Made by a program: the position numbers and the translations under genes
The notes under the pieces: generated by a model
What the model saw: only the letters and a program-made list of their open reading frames with translations
Databases searched by the model: none
Told to the model about the DNA's origin: nothing
Part shown: positions 39,670-48,931 of the stretch, in pieces
Layout of the letters: each line of letters starts with the position of its first letter
Numbering within the stretch: the first letter of the stretch is position 1
Source of the DNA: an uncultured virus (IMG/VR IMGVR_UViG_3300005259_000041)
Taxonomy: Duplodnaviria; Heunggongvirae; Uroviricota; Caudoviricetes
Reading direction: 5' to 3' (one strand)
Virus record (IMG/VR): IMGVR_UViG_3300005259_000041
DNA: 64,000 bases

Positions 39670-40983
39670 ATGAGTGATAACGAAATCAGAGTCGAGGCCC
39701 TAGGAAATAGTGGCCAAGGTGGTATTCACATTGAGAGCACTGGCACTACTCAAATTGAGGTTAAGCCAGGGGCCCCAGTGGAAGTGAGAGGGGTGAAAGT
39801 GGGTATGACAGGCGAGCTTGCGATTCGTTTCGGTGTGGTCGGCGCTGGACAGGGAGGCTCAAGAATAGCCGAGGTATTTGGTGCATTAGGATATCCGTCT
39901 TGTGCCATCAACACGGCTAAGCAGGACCTGAAGTATATCAAGCTGCCAGAAGACCGAAAGCTATGTATGGAGTATGGTCTTGGTGGCGCAGGTCGAGATA
40001 TTCAGTTGGGAGCAGAGGCTTTTACTGTACACAAGACCGCTGTGCAGTCTCTCATTGACCGTACTTTTGCCGACAATGTGGACTATGCTTTGGTGTGCGT
40101 CGGAGGCGGCGGTGGCACGGGCTCTGGCGTGGCTGAGCAGCTTATTACCATGCTACACTCTTATAACATGCCGGTCGGAATGATTTATACCTTGCCACAG
40201 TCTAACGAAGACGCCCTTACTCACGCCAACGCAGTTAAGGTGCTGGATAAGTTAAGTAAGCTAGTGAAGGACAAGATTCTCACCACGCTTATCGTGGTAG
40301 ATAATGCTAAAATCGAGGCCATTTACCCCTCCCTTTCCACGGTAGCTTTCTGGCAGAAGGCCAATGGGGATTTGGTGAATATTCTCCATCAGTTCAACAG
40401 ACTTACGGCGCAGCCGTCTCGATTCGTTTCGCTGGACCCAATGGATTTCGCCAAGATTATTACTGAAGGCGGCTGTACGGTGTACGGCGCCGCCCGGCTT
40501 TCTGAGTACAAGGATGCCGAGGGCCTAGCCCAGACTGTGGTCGGTAGTGTGAAGTCTGGTCTTTTGGCCTCAGAGTTTAATCTCGCTGAAGCCACGATGG
40601 GTGGTTTAATTGTCACTGGCTCCTTCGATATGCTTTCTTCGGTTCCTCAGGAAGATATCAATTACGCTCTGTATAACCTCACTTCTATTGTGGGCCACGC
40701 TGGCATCTATCGGGGTATTTATGATTTGGACTCTACGGACGCTGGGCATGGGTTAGTGGTGTACACAATGCTTAGCGGTCTGGGCGTGCCTCATCGTAGG
40801 GTAGAGGTTCTTATTCAGCGCGGTGAAGAGGGCGCTCAGGCACTTGAGGCCAAGAAAAACGACCACACTAAGATGGACGTTATCGATTCAGACTCTTCTA
40901 GCGTTGACAGCGATCGTCTGAAAAATATGCAAAATAAGTACGGTCCTCTGGGCAAGATTTTGGGTAACAGAAAGAAACCCTAA
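39670..40983 (+). CDS. tubulin/FtsZ-superfamily GTPase (phage tubulin, TubZ/PhuZ/CetZ-like)
   Basis: GAGQGG (T1), AINT...DL, GGAGRD...G (T3), GGGGGTGSG signature (T4), TLP...E, VDN, LDPMDF (T7-like). Confidence 0.9.
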   Translation: MSDNEIRVEALGNSGQGGIHIESTGTTQIEVKPGAPVEVRGVKVGMTGELAIRFGVVGAGQGGSRIAEVFGALGYPSCAINTAKQDLKYIKLPEDRKLCMEYGLGGAGRDIQLGAEAFTVHKTAVQSLIDRTFADNVDYALVCVGGGGGTGSGVAEQLITMLHSYNMPVGMIYTLPQSNEDALTHANAVKVLDKLSKLVKDKILTTLIVVDNAKIEAIYPSLSTVAFWQKANGDLVNILHQFNRLTAQPSRFVSLDPMDFAKIITEGGCTVYGAARLSEYKDAEGLAQTVVGSVKSGLLASEFNLAEATMGGLIVTGSFDMLSSVPQEDINYALYNLTSIVGHAGIYRGIYDLDSTDAGHGLVVYTMLSGLGVPHRRVEVLIQRGEEGAQALEAKKNDHTKMDVIDSDSSSVDSDRLKNMQNKYGPLGKILGNRKKP

Positions 40984-41000
40984 GTCGTGTGGGACCTAAT

Positions 41001-41025
41001 GGGCGCCCGAAAGGGCGCCCTTTTT
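41001..41025 (+). terminator. rho-independent terminator
   Basis: GGGCGCCC-GAAA-GGGCGCCC followed by TTTTT. Confidence 0.9.
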
Positions 41026-41039
41026 GTATATCCTTCAGT

Positions 41040-41050
41040 CTATTAATGAA
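41040..41050 (+). promoter_or_regulatory. putative late promoter variant CTATTAATGAA
   Basis: Between the terminator and the amidase, 37 nt before ATG 41077. Confidence 0.5.
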
Positions 41051-41076
41051 CATTGTTATATAGATTGGAGGAAGCC

Positions 41077-41712
41077 ATGCAAATAGATGACACTAAATAC
41101 GTCGCCACATCTGGTGACTATTACGACAAAGAATATACTAAAAATCGCATAATCTTACATTATACCGCCGGCGCCCGAGCGGATGGTGCAGCCTCTACGC
41201 TGCTACAGCAAGATGGGGTCTGTGTGCCATTTATAGTAGATTCGGATGGTACGATTTATCAGTTGTTTGACCCAAAATACTGGGCCTATAGTCTCGGGGT
41301 TCGGTCTCCTGATTATCCCAAGGGCCATTTTGAATGGAACTCTATCCCCATTGAAATTTGCAATGTTGGGCCACTGAAGAAGGTTGGGTCAGACTATATG
41401 TGGTGGCCGAAAAACTGGGAAACCAAATACACTGGGGCGGTGGTAAACTATTCTTTCCGGGGATTTGATTATCATGCGGCGTTCCCAGAGGCCCAAATCC
41501 AAGCCGTTTGTGAGTTGGTGGACTATCTTAGCACTGCTTTTAATATCCCCAAGAAATTAGTGCCAAAGGACCAACGAGAGCTTTTGGACTTAAAGTATAT
41601 GGATACGTTTAAGGGTATCTGCTCTCATGTGAATTTCAGGTACGACAAATGGGATATTCCTGGCGAGCCGGTGTTCCCATGGGATAGGCTTCAGGGGTAT
41701 TTAGAGGGATAA
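41077..41712 (+). CDS. N-acetylmuramoyl-L-alanine amidase (Amidase_2), putative endolysin
   Basis: IILHYTAG, FIVD.DGTIYQL, WAY.LG, SI.IEICN.G, Q...V.EL...L, GI.SH...R.DK.D. Start set at ATG 41077 (GGAGG RBS). Confidence 0.85.
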   Translation: MQIDDTKYVATSGDYYDKEYTKNRIILHYTAGARADGAASTLLQQDGVCVPFIVDSDGTIYQLFDPKYWAYSLGVRSPDYPKGHFEWNSIPIEICNVGPLKKVGSDYMWWPKNWETKYTGAVVNYSFRGFDYHAAFPEAQIQAVCELVDYLSTAFNIPKKLVPKDQRELLDLKYMDTFKGICSHVNFRYDKWDIPGEPVFPWDRLQGYLEG

Positions 41713-42617
41713 TGATTGCTATTACAGATCAGGTAACTGGGATTTACGAAAATGTCGCTGTGGCCAGTGAACTACACTGGTCACATCGTCTTATGCACAT
41801 AGATGAGGCGTGGGCTAAGGCGACTGGCAAAGGCGTAAAGGTTGGTATAGTGGACACCGGTTGCGATGTCCACCATCAGGATCTCAAAGATTCCATTGCT
41901 GGCTGTGGAAACTTTTCTCAATCTCCAGGGCAGTGTGAAGATATACATGGTCATGGAACGCATGTAGCTGGCATTATAGCTGCTAAAATTACTGGCTCCG
42001 GTGTGTCTGGCGTTGCCCACGGATCATCCCTATATATCGCAAGGGCTATCGATAACTCTGGCGTCGGGGATCCGGCTAATATCGCTAGAGCGATAGAGGC
42101 GTGTGTGGTAGCTGGCTGTAGTGTTATTAATTTATCTTTAGGTAGCCCAGAGGAATATGCCCCAATGACAAAGGCCATTCAGAGAGCGACAGACAAAAAC
42201 ATTATTGTCGTTGCGGCGGCAGGTAACTGTGGGGATAATAACGTGGCCACGACCGAAGAGCAGTGGCCGGCAAAACTCCCATTCGTCATCTCCGTGGCAG
42301 CTATTAATAAAAAGTTAATTAATGCGCCGTGGTCTGCATCTGGCAAAATTGAATTTTCAGCTCCTGGCGTTGATATCTTATCTTGTTATCCTGGTGGGAA
42401 ATATGCCACCATGAGCGGCACAAGTCAGGCGTGCCCGTTTATTGCTGGGGTTTGCGCCCTGATGAAAGAGATAAAGCCCGATATTAACAGAGAAGAGGTA
42501 GTGAATCTGCTTTCACAGTATTCTCTATCTATAGGACATCGAGCTAGCTCTGGAGCTGGGGTGATTAACGTGGTTGCTGCCTTAGAGTCCTTAGAGGGCA
42601 TGGTGAAGCGAGGATAA
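41712..42617 (+). CDS. subtilisin-like S8 serine protease
   Basis: Catalytic triad motifs GIVDTG, HGHGTHVAGII and SGTSQACP; oxyanion AAAGN; no signal peptide or long propeptide visible. Confidence 0.93.
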   Translation: MIAITDQVTGIYENVAVASELHWSHRLMHIDEAWAKATGKGVKVGIVDTGCDVHHQDLKDSIAGCGNFSQSPGQCEDIHGHGTHVAGIIAAKITGSGVSGVAHGSSLYIARAIDNSGVGDPANIARAIEACVVAGCSVINLSLGSPEEYAPMTKAIQRATDKNIIVVAAAGNCGDNNVATTEEQWPAKLPFVISVAAINKKLINAPWSASGKIEFSAPGVDILSCYPGGKYATMSGTSQACPFIAGVCALMKEIKPDINREEVVNLLSQYSLSIGHRASSGAGVINVVAALESLEGMVKRG

Positions 42618-43328
42618 ATGAGTCAGGCGTCAGACCAAGCACGCGAAGAAATTTTAAAAGAAATCAAGGAGCTACTCTCTGAGGGTGGTTCCGTTTCTCT
42701 TATCCCCAAGCTAAAGATACCCAAGCCCTCCTTCGCGGATAGAATGGCCGAAAAGCTTACCAACGTCGTTGGCTCTTGGCGTTTCGCCATTAGCATGGCC
42801 TCTGTGGTTTTATTTTGGTTTTTGTGCAACATCGGCCTGTTTGTGTACATGCCATCTTTTGACCCGTATCCCTTTAATTTTTTGAATCTTTTGTTGGCGG
42901 CAGTGGCGGCTTTCCAGGCACCAGCCATTCTAATGGCGCAAAATGCACAATATAGACGCGACTTACAACGAGAGATACATCAATATGAGGTTATCTTGGC
43001 GGTAGAGGGTGAGTTAAGAGCCCTTTATAACAAGCTTTCGCATTTGGGAACTGATGTTGCTGTAGCCATTGAAGAGTTGGAATTTTCCCAGGACCAATCC
43101 AAGAAAGAACTCGGTGAGTTATCCAGCACTGTGGCGAAAAACCTCAGCAGTACATATGGGTGTCATTTAAAAATGGAAAAGCTGCAAGACACGACAGAAG
43201 ACGTAGTCGCTCGAACCTCCGCAATGCTCGTGTTGATTAGAAAGCTTAAAGAGGTTTCTGATCCATTTGCGGGAAGGGACAGGGGTGGTGATGCCGGTAA
43301 AGTCTTTCCAGACGATGCGGGTAGCTGA
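42618..43328 (+). CDS. DUF1003 membrane protein
   Basis: F.DR.A......GSWRF, two TM stretches, FDPYPF..LNL.L...AAFQAP.ILM.QN; coiled-coil tail. Confidence 0.85.
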   Translation: MSQASDQAREEILKEIKELLSEGGSVSLIPKLKIPKPSFADRMAEKLTNVVGSWRFAISMASVVLFWFLCNIGLFVYMPSFDPYPFNFLNLLLAAVAAFQAPAILMAQNAQYRRDLQREIHQYEVILAVEGELRALYNKLSHLGTDVAVAIEELEFSQDQSKKELGELSSTVAKNLSSTYGCHLKMEKLQDTTEDVVARTSAMLVLIRKLKEVSDPFAGRDRGGDAGKVFPDDAGS

Positions 43329-43350
43329 CCCTGAAATAAAGGAGATTAAA

Positions 43351-43656
43351 ATGTGGAATAAAATTAAAGAATGCTTAAAGAAAATACAGCTTCGTTTGTG
43401 CGTTAACGCGACAGACATCCAACTGGAAGAGCTGCGAGATCAATATCAAGCTAAAGTAAATGACAATATTCATCTGCACCACCAGCTGTCTGAGTATATA
43501 CTCGCTGTGGACGAGGCCAAGGCACTTATTAATGAGTTAAACGATAAGTTAGCTAAGGCTCAGGCCGTGGCAGTAGGCAAACCTGTTTTGCCGCCCAACA
43601 CAAAGCGCAAAGAGGGTGAGCTTCCCAAAAAGCGTGGTCCTAAGTCTAGGCGCTAA
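43351..43656 (+). CDS. hypothetical coiled-coil protein
   Basis: AAGGAG RBS before ATG 43351; heptad-rich, basic C-terminus. Confidence 0.6.
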   Translation: MWNKIKECLKKIQLRLCVNATDIQLEELRDQYQAKVNDNIHLHHQLSEYILAVDEAKALINELNDKLAKAQAVAVGKPVLPPNTKRKEGELPKKRGPKSRR

Positions 43657-43685
43657 TTGACTTTTCTTTACAATAGTTTTATATT
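43657..43685 (+). promoter_or_regulatory. sigma70-like promoter TTGACT-N17-TATATT
   Basis: TTGACT at 43657-43662, TATATT at 43680-43685; heads the replication cluster. Confidence 0.7.
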
Positions 43686-45302
43686 ATGCAAGAGGGGAGT
43701 GTGTCCCCTCTTGCGGTATTGGAGAAAGATTTGTTAACTTTTGTGGTGCAACACAGCGTTACTCAAGTAGAAAACATACAAGATGTGCCTCAGAGCTTCC
43801 TATTCGCGCTGAACGATTATCTCAGCTATACGGAACAGGACTATCAGTATACCTGGAGATATAAAAACACTGCATGGAATGGGAAAAACTATCTCTTGGG
43901 CGGACGATGGAACAAAGATATTTTTGTCCCTAGTTTTAGCTCTTTAAGTTTCCGCTCCGGGCTTTTAAAACGTGTTCTACATTTTTGCAAACAGCACGAC
44001 GTGGGCTATTTGGTCGTGGATGATCGCTCCTTTCCAGAAATAGGTAGTCCACTGCCTTGGAAGGGTAAATTACGCGACTATCAAGAGTTTGCTATAGATA
44101 AGTTTTTTGAATACAAGAAGGGCATTCTAGCGGCCGCTACTGGAGCCGGCAAATCAATTATTATTACTAACATTGTCAGCCGGTTGGACGTTGCAACTGT
44201 TATCCTATGCGGCACTATAGATTTGGTCTTTCAAATGAAAGAACATTTGGAGCGTGAAATTCCAGACTCCACCATTGGCATCGTTGGGGACGGTAAGTGT
44301 GAAATCGAAAAAATTACTGTAAGCACTTGGCAGTCGGCGGCTAGGTCTATCGACGCTAGAGCCAAGACGTATTTTTATGATAGGCAGGTTTCTGAAAAAT
44401 TTGATGTTTCTCACGCTAGTAAAATTACTGCTATGCTCAAAGCGGCTCAGCTAGTGGTGTTGGACGAGTCTCATTGTGCACGAGCTAAGACAATTCAAAC
44501 AGTTTTGCGTAATATTAACGCTCCCTACGTGTTGGGAACAAGTGCCACCCCCAAACGCGACGAAGGTGACGATTTGTTAATTGAGGCAGAGCTTGGAAAC
44601 ATTTTTTATGATATTAGTGCCTCCACTCTTATCGAAAAGGGGTGGTTAGTTAGGCCCACGATTGAGTATAATTATATTGACAACTCAAGTAGCAAGGGCG
44701 AGTGGGATGATTTCCATGCCGTTTACAAGCAGCTCATTGTCAATAACGACGCGAGGAATTATATTATTGGAGAGAAGGCTCGTGAGATGGTGAGAGCCGG
44801 TAGGAAGACATTAATTTTGGTGGACTATCTAGAGGAGCACGGCAGAGCCCTAGAAGAAATGTTGTCAGATATTCAGGCTGAGTTTCTTAATGCGACCTTA
44901 TCTTCCAAGCGGAGGCAAACTCTGCTAAACGCCTTTAGAGACGGCGAAATAGACTGTATGATAGCGACGTCATTAGCCGACGAAGGATTAGATGTCCCCA
45001 TTATATCTGGGGAAATTTTAGCCGGTGGGAAGAGGGGCAAGACTAAAATCAGGCAGCGCGTAGGTCGCGTGTTGCGGCCACATGAAGATAAAAGGGACGC
45101 TCGCGTTGTAGATTTTATTGACGATGGTAAATTTGTACTGGATCATAGTGTAGCCAGAATTGCCGCTCTTAAAATGGAGCCTGCTTTTGATTTGGTGGCT
45201 AACGGCGTACCCAAAGAGCGCAAAGATATAATTCTAAGGAAGATTGAAAAAGCCGTCGGACGGATGGGAAAGGATGATTTCGATGAGCAAGCAGCTGGAT
45301 AA
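43686..45302 (+). CDS. superfamily 2 DNA helicase (UvsW/XPB-like); true start may be slightly downstream
   Basis: LRDYQ, ATGAGKS, LDESH, GTSATPKR, EGLDVP, QRVGRVLR. Confidence 0.9.
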   Translation: MQEGSVSPLAVLEKDLLTFVVQHSVTQVENIQDVPQSFLFALNDYLSYTEQDYQYTWRYKNTAWNGKNYLLGGRWNKDIFVPSFSSLSFRSGLLKRVLHFCKQHDVGYLVVDDRSFPEIGSPLPWKGKLRDYQEFAIDKFFEYKKGILAAATGAGKSIIITNIVSRLDVATVILCGTIDLVFQMKEHLEREIPDSTIGIVGDGKCEIEKITVSTWQSAARSIDARAKTYFYDRQVSEKFDVSHASKITAMLKAAQLVVLDESHCARAKTIQTVLRNINAPYVLGTSATPKRDEGDDLLIEAELGNIFYDISASTLIEKGWLVRPTIEYNYIDNSSSKGEWDDFHAVYKQLIVNNDARNYIIGEKAREMVRAGRKTLILVDYLEEHGRALEEMLSDIQAEFLNATLSSKRRQTLLNAFRDGEIDCMIATSLADEGLDVPIISGEILAGGKRGKTKIRQRVGRVLRPHEDKRDARVVDFIDDGKFVLDHSVARIAALKMEPAFDLVANGVPKERKDIILRKIEKAVGRMGKDDFDEQAAG

Positions 45303-46140
45303 TGCGGTTAAGCATTTAACGTTAGAAATTCTGGAAAACGTAGCGCCGGAAGACGTTTTAAAGGCTGCGGGCATCGAAACCTCCAAAATCAACATCACAA
45401 TGGCCAAGCGCGCCATTACCAGGTTTAAAAAGCAAGTAGTGAACGCAGCTAATGCGGACGCCATCGAAATGGACCCGTCTGCTATCAAATTTAAAAACTC
45501 CTACATTAAAGATGTTCGTGAGGTGGCCGCAGTACGTGAAAAGGGCCGAACTCGCGTTGCCTCTGATGGCGCCCCGACTCCTTTAGAAGATTGGGGTCAA
45601 TTTGAGTTGCTTTCTTATTTTTTTGAATTATATTACAATAGGACGGGTAAGGAATATCCCATTGAAACCCCGGGCGTTGTTTATAGTCGATTTGTAAAAA
45701 GCAAGGGGGCTTGGGAGCCAAAGTCCACAAGGGGCCTCAACGTAATGGCGTTTCTATTGAAGAGGTTAAGCACCCCAGCGGCAGTGAAGGAATATTTGGA
45801 TTGGTGGTTTGCTTATTCATTTACGAAAGGGCAGTCGTTAAATTGGGGTTGGCTATCCAGCGCCACAATGCTCAGCGCATATACTGTATACATGACCAAC
45901 CTACAGCATAAAACAGTGCCAGCCGCTACAACCCTTTCGCCCACGCTCCCGTCAGAGTTTATTGGATACCTACAGGGATTTGGGGAGCTTTTTAATTACG
46001 TAGGAAATATGAAAACGCAAAAGGACCTACAGTACGTCTATGCAGCTTGGAAGGATAAGATGCAGACCCTCCCTAGCCATCCAGTAGTGAAGATGTTGCG
46101 AGAGGCTCAAAGTCGCGGTTTGTTAGGAGAAGAGAAATGA
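45283..46140 (+). CDS. hypothetical protein, possible replication initiator
   Basis: Long ORF in the replication operon upstream of a DnaC-like loader and DnaB; function inferred from position only. Confidence 0.5.
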   Translation: MSKQLDNAVKHLTLEILENVAPEDVLKAAGIETSKINITMAKRAITRFKKQVVNAANADAIEMDPSAIKFKNSYIKDVREVAAVREKGRTRVASDGAPTPLEDWGQFELLSYFFELYYNRTGKEYPIETPGVVYSRFVKSKGAWEPKSTRGLNVMAFLLKRLSTPAAVKEYLDWWFAYSFTKGQSLNWGWLSSATMLSAYTVYMTNLQHKTVPAATTLSPTLPSEFIGYLQGFGELFNYVGNMKTQKDLQYVYAAWKDKMQTLPSHPVVKMLREAQSRGLLGEEK

Positions 46141-46523
46141 AGAACTATGTCTTAGTTAGGGGTGAAGACGGGACTCTTTTGGGCGGTGGCATTTATGAGG
46201 GAATGTGGGGAGAGGGTTTCATCAAAATTAATAGAAGTGAAAATGAAACTGTGATGGTGAATATCTCAATGGCCGCTGCTATTCATTTTTTTGAGGAAGC
46301 ACCAGAGGCTTTGCTCAATTACATGCACGTCACTAAATCCGGGTCTGCGGACCCGCCTCCACCTGGGGTAGTCGGCACTTCTTCTAAGCGGTTGCCAGCT
46401 CCAGAAGATCACGTTCAACATCTTGTTGATGCTGGGCCTCCCGGCCATGAGCCAGGCCCTAACGGCGTAGGGCTAGCCGACTTGCCCGTGCCGAAGCTTC
46501 CGCGTAAACGGGGGAGACAATGA
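46137..46523 (+). CDS. hypothetical protein
   Basis: ATGA overlaps on both sides; AGGAG RBS; Pro-rich C-terminus. Confidence 0.6.
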   Translation: MKNYVLVRGEDGTLLGGGIYEGMWGEGFIKINRSENETVMVNISMAAAIHFFEEAPEALLNYMHVTKSGSADPPPPGVVGTSSKRLPAPEDHVQHLVDAGPPGHEPGPNGVGLADLPVPKLPRKRGRQ

Positions 46524-47275
46524 TAGTTGGCAGTAATAGGTCTGTGGTGTTTAAAAAACTAGCAGAACTCAAAGAGCGAACTGTGAACCAATGCTCTATT
46601 TGTCAAGGGGCGGATCCAGGCTGTCGTTGCCGAGCGATGATGTTAATGTATGAGGCTGCCGCTGCCGCCAATGTCCCAGCAAAATTTTGGGAAGTTAAGA
46701 CGGCAGATTTCGGCGCAGGGCAGGAGCACAATCCTGTTGTTCAAGACTTAAAACGCAAATGGCTTCAATTGATTTTTGAAGTTGAGAATACTGTGCAAAA
46801 AATTCCTCTCATTGTTGTGAGTGGCCCCAATGGCACTGGCAAAACGATGATGGCGAGTATTCTATTGAAGTCTGCGGCCACCACGCGTGGAATCTCGCCT
46901 CAATATATCTTATTTAATCAGCTAATCGCATTACACTATTCCAAAGATGACAATAGAAATGAAATTTTGGAAAGGCTACATGCATGTGATTTGCTGGTGA
47001 TAGATGAGTTCGGGAAAGAATATACGAAGACGAATCAATTCGGAGAAGTGGACACGACAAGCTCTATTGCTAATTATGCGAAGTTTGTTGCAGAAAATAC
47101 GCTCAAAATTAGAAGCGATGCCAGTCTGACAACGGTCATTATCACCAATGACACCATAGACGAACTCAAGTCGAAATATGGCGGTCCCGGTAGGTCTATA
47201 GACTCAATTCTGGACGCATCCTCGACAGTGACGCTATGTCACACCGGTATAGACTTCAGGAAGGTGCAAGCTTGA
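46520..47275 (+). CDS. DnaC/IstB-like AAA+ helicase loader
   Basis: N-terminal CxxC...CxC, Walker A GPNGTGKT, Walker B LLVIDEFGKE, TVIITN, G.DFR. Confidence 0.85.
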   Translation: MIVGSNRSVVFKKLAELKERTVNQCSICQGADPGCRCRAMMLMYEAAAAANVPAKFWEVKTADFGAGQEHNPVVQDLKRKWLQLIFEVENTVQKIPLIVVSGPNGTGKTMMASILLKSAATTRGISPQYILFNQLIALHYSKDDNRNEILERLHACDLLVIDEFGKEYTKTNQFGEVDTTSSIANYAKFVAENTLKIRSDASLTTVIITNDTIDELKSKYGGPGRSIDSILDASSTVTLCHTGIDFRKVQA

Positions 47276-48771
47276 TTGACCAGAATATCTCCATAGACGA
47301 GCATTTGCTTTCAATTCTGCTCCAAAGCAAACAGCATGTGATTTCCATACTGGAAGAGGACAAGCTGACCGGGGAGTATTTTGACCCCGAGTGGCGCCCA
47401 GTCTTTGATAATATTGTCTTGTATTATCGGAAATTTAAAGAGGTTCTCGACAAAGATAAGGTTTTTGACCAACTGAAGCGACGCGGGGTGTCTAGTGTTG
47501 AGCTATCAAAGCGATATGCTATTTATCTGTCTTTGGAGAATCTCAAAACCCCGACTAAAGACTATAAATACTATGTAGATGCCGTCAAGACGCGTAAGTT
47601 TAAAATCATGCTGCACGAAGTCGTGTCAAAGGCAGACAAGCTCTGCAACACGATGAACGATCCGGTGTCGGCCGCAAAAGACTTGGCGAAGGTCGGGAGT
47701 GAGATAGCAACGCTGTCGGCACAGGATAGGGTGGTGAGAACCTCTTTGGCAGAAAGCGCTCCGTCAATGACAGAAAGCTATCAAACTGCCAAATCTAACC
47801 CAGAAGTGGTTAGGGGTGTTATGACTGGATTCCAGAAGCTCGACGAATTGACTTGGGGTGTAAACCCAGGAGAGGTATTGTTGATGGTAGGGCCGACTGG
47901 GGGCGGTAAGTCTATTAGCCTTGTTGCTATGTCCGCCTATATCGCCAATGGAATTAGGTATTGCGCCAAGTGCGGGTTTCAGTTATTTTTACACACCAAG
48001 GAGAGGTGCCCCAAATGTGGGGCGATTTTTGCAACCCCTAGTGATGTTTATAGGGTGGCCCCCAAGAACGTGGCATATGTTTCCATCGAAATGCCCGCTG
48101 AGGACTGCCTAAGGCGGTTCTGCTCTGCCTCTCTAGGTTTGAAGGAAAAGGAAATCCGACGTGGCCAATTGAGCGAGCAGGATGAGCAGATTTATTTAAA
48201 TTATCTGGAGTCTGTTAAGAGTGGAAATGGTCCAGTCGGCTTTTATGTTATTGACGTGCCCAGAGGAGAAGATGTGAACTTCATCGCCACCGAAATAGAC
48301 CGCCAGGAAGCGCTACATGGCATCAGGATGGACGTAGTGGTCATTGACTACCTCCAGCTCATGAAGGCGACTACTGGCGACCACAGAGACACTGGCGAAG
48401 ACTGGAAGGCTCAGACGGCTATCTCCGAAGAGGTCCATGAGTTTGCCAGAACCAAACGCATCCCCATCATTACGGCTGCCCAATCCACCTCTCTTAGGGG
48501 TATTAAGGGTGAGGCCGTAAGGTACGGCACTCACCGCGTTTCTCGCGCTGAGGGCACAGCATTTAACATGAATATTATTGTCCAAATTGAGGATCCGCTG
48601 GAAAAACAAGAAGAAGAGCAGAAGGAAGAAAATACTGAATTAACAATGAAGCTATATGTTGTTAAGAACAGGGGTGGCGAAAAGGGAGTTATCGTGATGC
48701 AAAAAGATTTTTCGAGAATGCAGATTCATCACATTTTAGACATTTCTTATGCGACACTGGAAGCCTCATAA
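47272..48771 (+). CDS. dnaB: replicative DnaB-like helicase with zinc-ribbon insertion
   Basis: TGF.KLDE.T.G..PGE, GPTGGGKS, YVSIEM, VVIDYLQLM, IPIITAAQ, KNRGGE. Start set at TTG 47272 (TTGA overlap). Confidence 0.9.
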   Translation: MIDQNISIDEHLLSILLQSKQHVISILEEDKLTGEYFDPEWRPVFDNIVLYYRKFKEVLDKDKVFDQLKRRGVSSVELSKRYAIYLSLENLKTPTKDYKYYVDAVKTRKFKIMLHEVVSKADKLCNTMNDPVSAAKDLAKVGSEIATLSAQDRVVRTSLAESAPSMTESYQTAKSNPEVVRGVMTGFQKLDELTWGVNPGEVLLMVGPTGGGKSISLVAMSAYIANGIRYCAKCGFQLFLHTKERCPKCGAIFATPSDVYRVAPKNVAYVSIEMPAEDCLRRFCSASLGLKEKEIRRGQLSEQDEQIYLNYLESVKSGNGPVGFYVIDVPRGEDVNFIATEIDRQEALHGIRMDVVVIDYLQLMKATTGDHRDTGEDWKAQTAISEEVHEFARTKRIPIITAAQSTSLRGIKGEAVRYGTHRVSRAEGTAFNMNIIVQIEDPLEKQEEEQKEENTELTMKLYVVKNRGGEKGVIVMQKDFSRMQIHHILDISYATLEAS

Positions 48772-48827
48772 GTGAATAGTCTGGTTTTAGGCTCACTGAG
48801 AGAATAGCTTTTAAATGGAGAAAGTCA

Positions 48828-48837
48828 CTATTAATAC
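48828..48837 (+). promoter_or_regulatory. putative late promoter CTATTAATAC
   Basis: In the 160-nt gap upstream of nrdJ, 104 nt before the ATG. Confidence 0.4.
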
Positions 48838-48931
48838 GAAATTTTTAGACGCCAAATCGAGGGGACCAGGGGCCGAGAATCAGCCTCGTCGCCATCAAAC
48901 CAACATAGAGTAGGCAAGGAGAAGCAAAGCA

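Noticed and set aside
42301..42312. CTATTAATAAAA copy inside the subtilase gene
   Set aside because: It lies in coding sequence (AAINKK) about 300 nt from the next start; it may be incidental and was not counted as a promoter.
48772..48931. Cobalamin riboswitch or structured RNA upstream of nrdJ
   Set aside because: No B12-box or convincing multi-stem structure is visible, only a 5-bp CGAGG/CCTCG pairing. An Infernal/Rfam scan would be decisive.
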